Of a stretch of DNA of 64,000 nt, positions 61,530 through 64,000 are shown one piece after another. The notes below the pieces were generated by a model. That model was not told where the DNA came from. It saw only the letters and a program-made list of their open reading frames with translations, and searched no databases. Within the stretch, counting starts at the first letter, position 1; every line of letters starts with the position of its first letter. The position numbers and the translations under genes were made by a program. Source of the DNA: Ginglymostoma cirratum (Eukaryota); contig JAHRHZ010000144.1 in the NCBI GenBank assembly GCA_024137785.1, positions 19,650,317 through 19,714,316 on the forward strand. The letters are read 5' to 3'.

Positions 61530-62075
61530 TGTCATTCAATCATGGAAGCCTAATGGTTGAAAATTCACTTTTGGCTTTCAAAAGAGAATTGGATAGATGA
61601 AGTGAAAAATTGCTGAGAAAGTGGGACTAGGCAAGCCCTTATTGCAGAGGGCCAGCATGGACTTGTGGGCCCAATGGCCTCATTCTGTGTTTGTTCTCTT
61701 TAGCAAAATAGGTCAAGAGGAGATTTGACAGATGTGTTCAAAATTATGAGCAGTTTGGACAAAATAGAAACGGTCTTTATTGGCAGAAAGATTGAAATTT
61801 TGAGAGAACCAATTTTAAGGTGAAGTGTAAAAAACACTAAAAAAATGTCATGATAAAGGAATTTTCATGCAGTACATGGTTATTATGTTAAAAGCACTGT
61901 CTGGAAGACTAGCGGAGGATGATTCACTTGTTGCTTTCAAAACAGAATTGGATAGTTGAAGTGAAAAATTGCTGGCAGCAGGAAACGATGGTGAAGTGGG
62001 ACTAGGTGAGTGGTTCTTGCAGAGAGCTCGCATGGTTCTATGGGCCCAATGGCTCCATTCTGTGCTGCAACCATA
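61530..62075 (+). mobile_element. Two tandem CR1 3' ends
   Basis: gctttcaaaa.agaattggatag.tgaagtgaaaaattgctg...gggcccaatggc at ~61575 and ~61933. Confidence 0.75.
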
Positions 62076-62079
62076 CTGT

Positions 62080-62385
62080 GATTGGGATGTGGGTGTTCCT
62101 GGCTTAGACATTATTTATTACCCATTCCTAATTGCTCACATGGCAGTTAGTGTCAACCGCATTAATGTGGGTCTAAAATCACATATAGGGCAGACCAGGT
62201 AAGGACGGATTTCCTTCCCTAAAAAGCATTAATGAATGATATGAGTTTTTATGACAATTGATTGTCATTACACAGTCACCACAAGCTAGCTTTTTTGTTG
62301 TTTTTTAGTTGGATTCAAATTTCACCATCTGTGATGATGGGATTCAAACCTATGCTGCAGAATACTAGTGACATGACCACCACCT
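62080..62385 (-). mobile_element. tRNA-head SINE, second family
   Basis: gggatgtgggtgtt...cagaccaggtaaggac...ggattcaaatttcaccatct. Confidence 0.7.
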
Positions 62386-62469
62386 TCCCTATGTATATGG
62401 CCGTGCACGCTAACATGCCATGAACAGTATAAATACGTGTTGCTCCAAGAACAGTCAAGAAGTTCTACA

Positions 62470-62845
62470 TTATCAAGACAAAGAAGCTGACTTGATAAGC
62501 ACCCTATCCACCATCTTATACTTTCATTCTATCCACCATCGGCACACTGTAGCTGCAGTGTGTGCTATCTGCAAGATGCGATGCTGAAACACGCCAAGAC
62601 TTCATTCAGCACCTGCCAAATCAATAAGCTCTATCACTTAGAAGGACAAAGTCAGCACAAACGTGAGGGCACCAAGCTTCCCTTAACAGCACAGACTATC
62701 TTCACTTAGAAGCACATCGATCTTGTTCATCGAGTCAACATCATTACCAAACGTCACTGTTAGATTGCAACAGAGACTACAACTGTTCCAGAAGGCAGTT
62801 AGGAATGAATGCAAACTGTGGGCCTTGCCAGTGATACCAAGTTGC
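62470..62845 (+). mobile_element. LINE (CR1/L2 group) 3' fragment
   Basis: QDKEADLISTLSTILYFHSIHHRHTVAAVCAICKMRC-like frame; related piece at ~33005-33240. Confidence 0.65.
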
Positions 62846-64000
62846 TGTGAGTGCTCAGTGCCAACTTCCAAAACAATAAAACATAGAATCATACGATCAG
62901 TGGAAAGTGACCAGAATTTTATTGCCTATTTATTACCATTTCAAGCTAAAACTTGTATATGCTGCAAACATTAGGTTCATACGTACACAAAGTCAAATAG
63001 TCGTTCCTTTTTGCCAAACAAAAGGTGTATTTACCTCACATGCTGGCACTATTCATTAAGTTCCTTTCATCTTAATTAGCGAGCGTGTGCCATCTATGGC
63101 TGGAGCTTATTTTTATTTCTGAATTAATCAGTATTTTAATGAGTCACATTTGGTATACAGTATTAATTTGCATATATCAGGCTTCGAACAATGTAGCAAT
63201 GGCCTGCTTGGCTTTCAAAGATGCAGTCTGTAACTGGTGGTTGGAGTATGAGAGATACTGAGAAGCTACATTCCGTGACTTTGCCCACATGTGAGAAGTT
63301 ACTAGACCTCTTCCAACACTGTTGCCAGGTTCTCTAAACTTTAAACATGTATCTTCCTTGCAATCTGCTCACACTGTGTTCAGAGGCTGGCGTGAGGGCC
63401 TCCTGGTCCTTTCCTTTGCTTCTCTCCTGGATTGTACAAGCCCTGAAGACCAATAGCCCCAGTGCAGCATCACTGAATCCTGGAGTCCTTTTTGTGGACT
63501 TGTAGGCTGAATATTCCCAGCCCCTAAACAATATGGGCAATAGTGAGTCAATTGGGAAAATACGTTGAGATCAAAAAATTGAGATTCGCAACATCAAGAG
63601 AAAAAATGTCTGATTTTGCCACAAAGGCTTGAATAGCAAGATGAGTATCTCATCAGTGAGCAGCAAGAGGCCTCTTTGCACCTATTTACATCTCATTATG
63701 AGCTAAATTCACCTCGTATATAAGTGGTTTCATATACTCCCATGTGGCAGAGAGACACTAGATGATGGCAATTCCTGACATGAAAGTCAGAATGGACTCC
63801 AGTTAGTTCCAGCTCACCATTTGTTCCTCTGTCCCTCCAGCATGGATAGCAGTCCTGAAAACCTGAGGTTACTTTCTCTGGGTAGTGATAGCCTGGACTC
63901 TCTCTCCCCTCCTCTCACAGACATCAACGTCAGACATACATCAGCTTCAGCGTATCCTCTTGGCACCTCTCTGAGTTAGTTAGAATATATTTTCCTCTTC

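Noticed and set aside
63300-64000. Possible further Harbinger-type remnant
   Set aside because: No motif could be read with confidence

Overview
Eukaryotic, repeat-saturated intronic or intergenic DNA, most likely from a shark (inferred from HE1-type SINEs and their partner CR1/HER1 tails). No host protein-coding gene can be named, and most listed ORFs are chance or decayed TE frames. The window is a layered record of mobile elements: CR1 LINEs (one near full length), HE1 and other tRNA-head SINEs, Rex1/Babar, Gypsy remnants and solo LTRs, Harbinger fossils, and a decayed tRNA-Ile(AAT) copy. Three features stand out. (1) About a dozen Penelope-like (PLE) terminal repeats carry minimal hammerhead-ribozyme cores, several as tiny head-to-head palindromic insertions with 14-16 bp target-site duplications (TSDs). 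(2) One PLE insertion has a 15-bp TSD that brackets about 2.9 kb of unrelated DNA. (3) An endogenous retrovirus (56585-61484, minus) has gag-pro-truncated RT followed by a second, diverged, still-open gag N-terminal paralog, a long non-coding spacer, a decayed env-position region, a PPT and a 3' LTR. Boundaries of old repeats are approximate, and family names come from motif recognition, not database searches.
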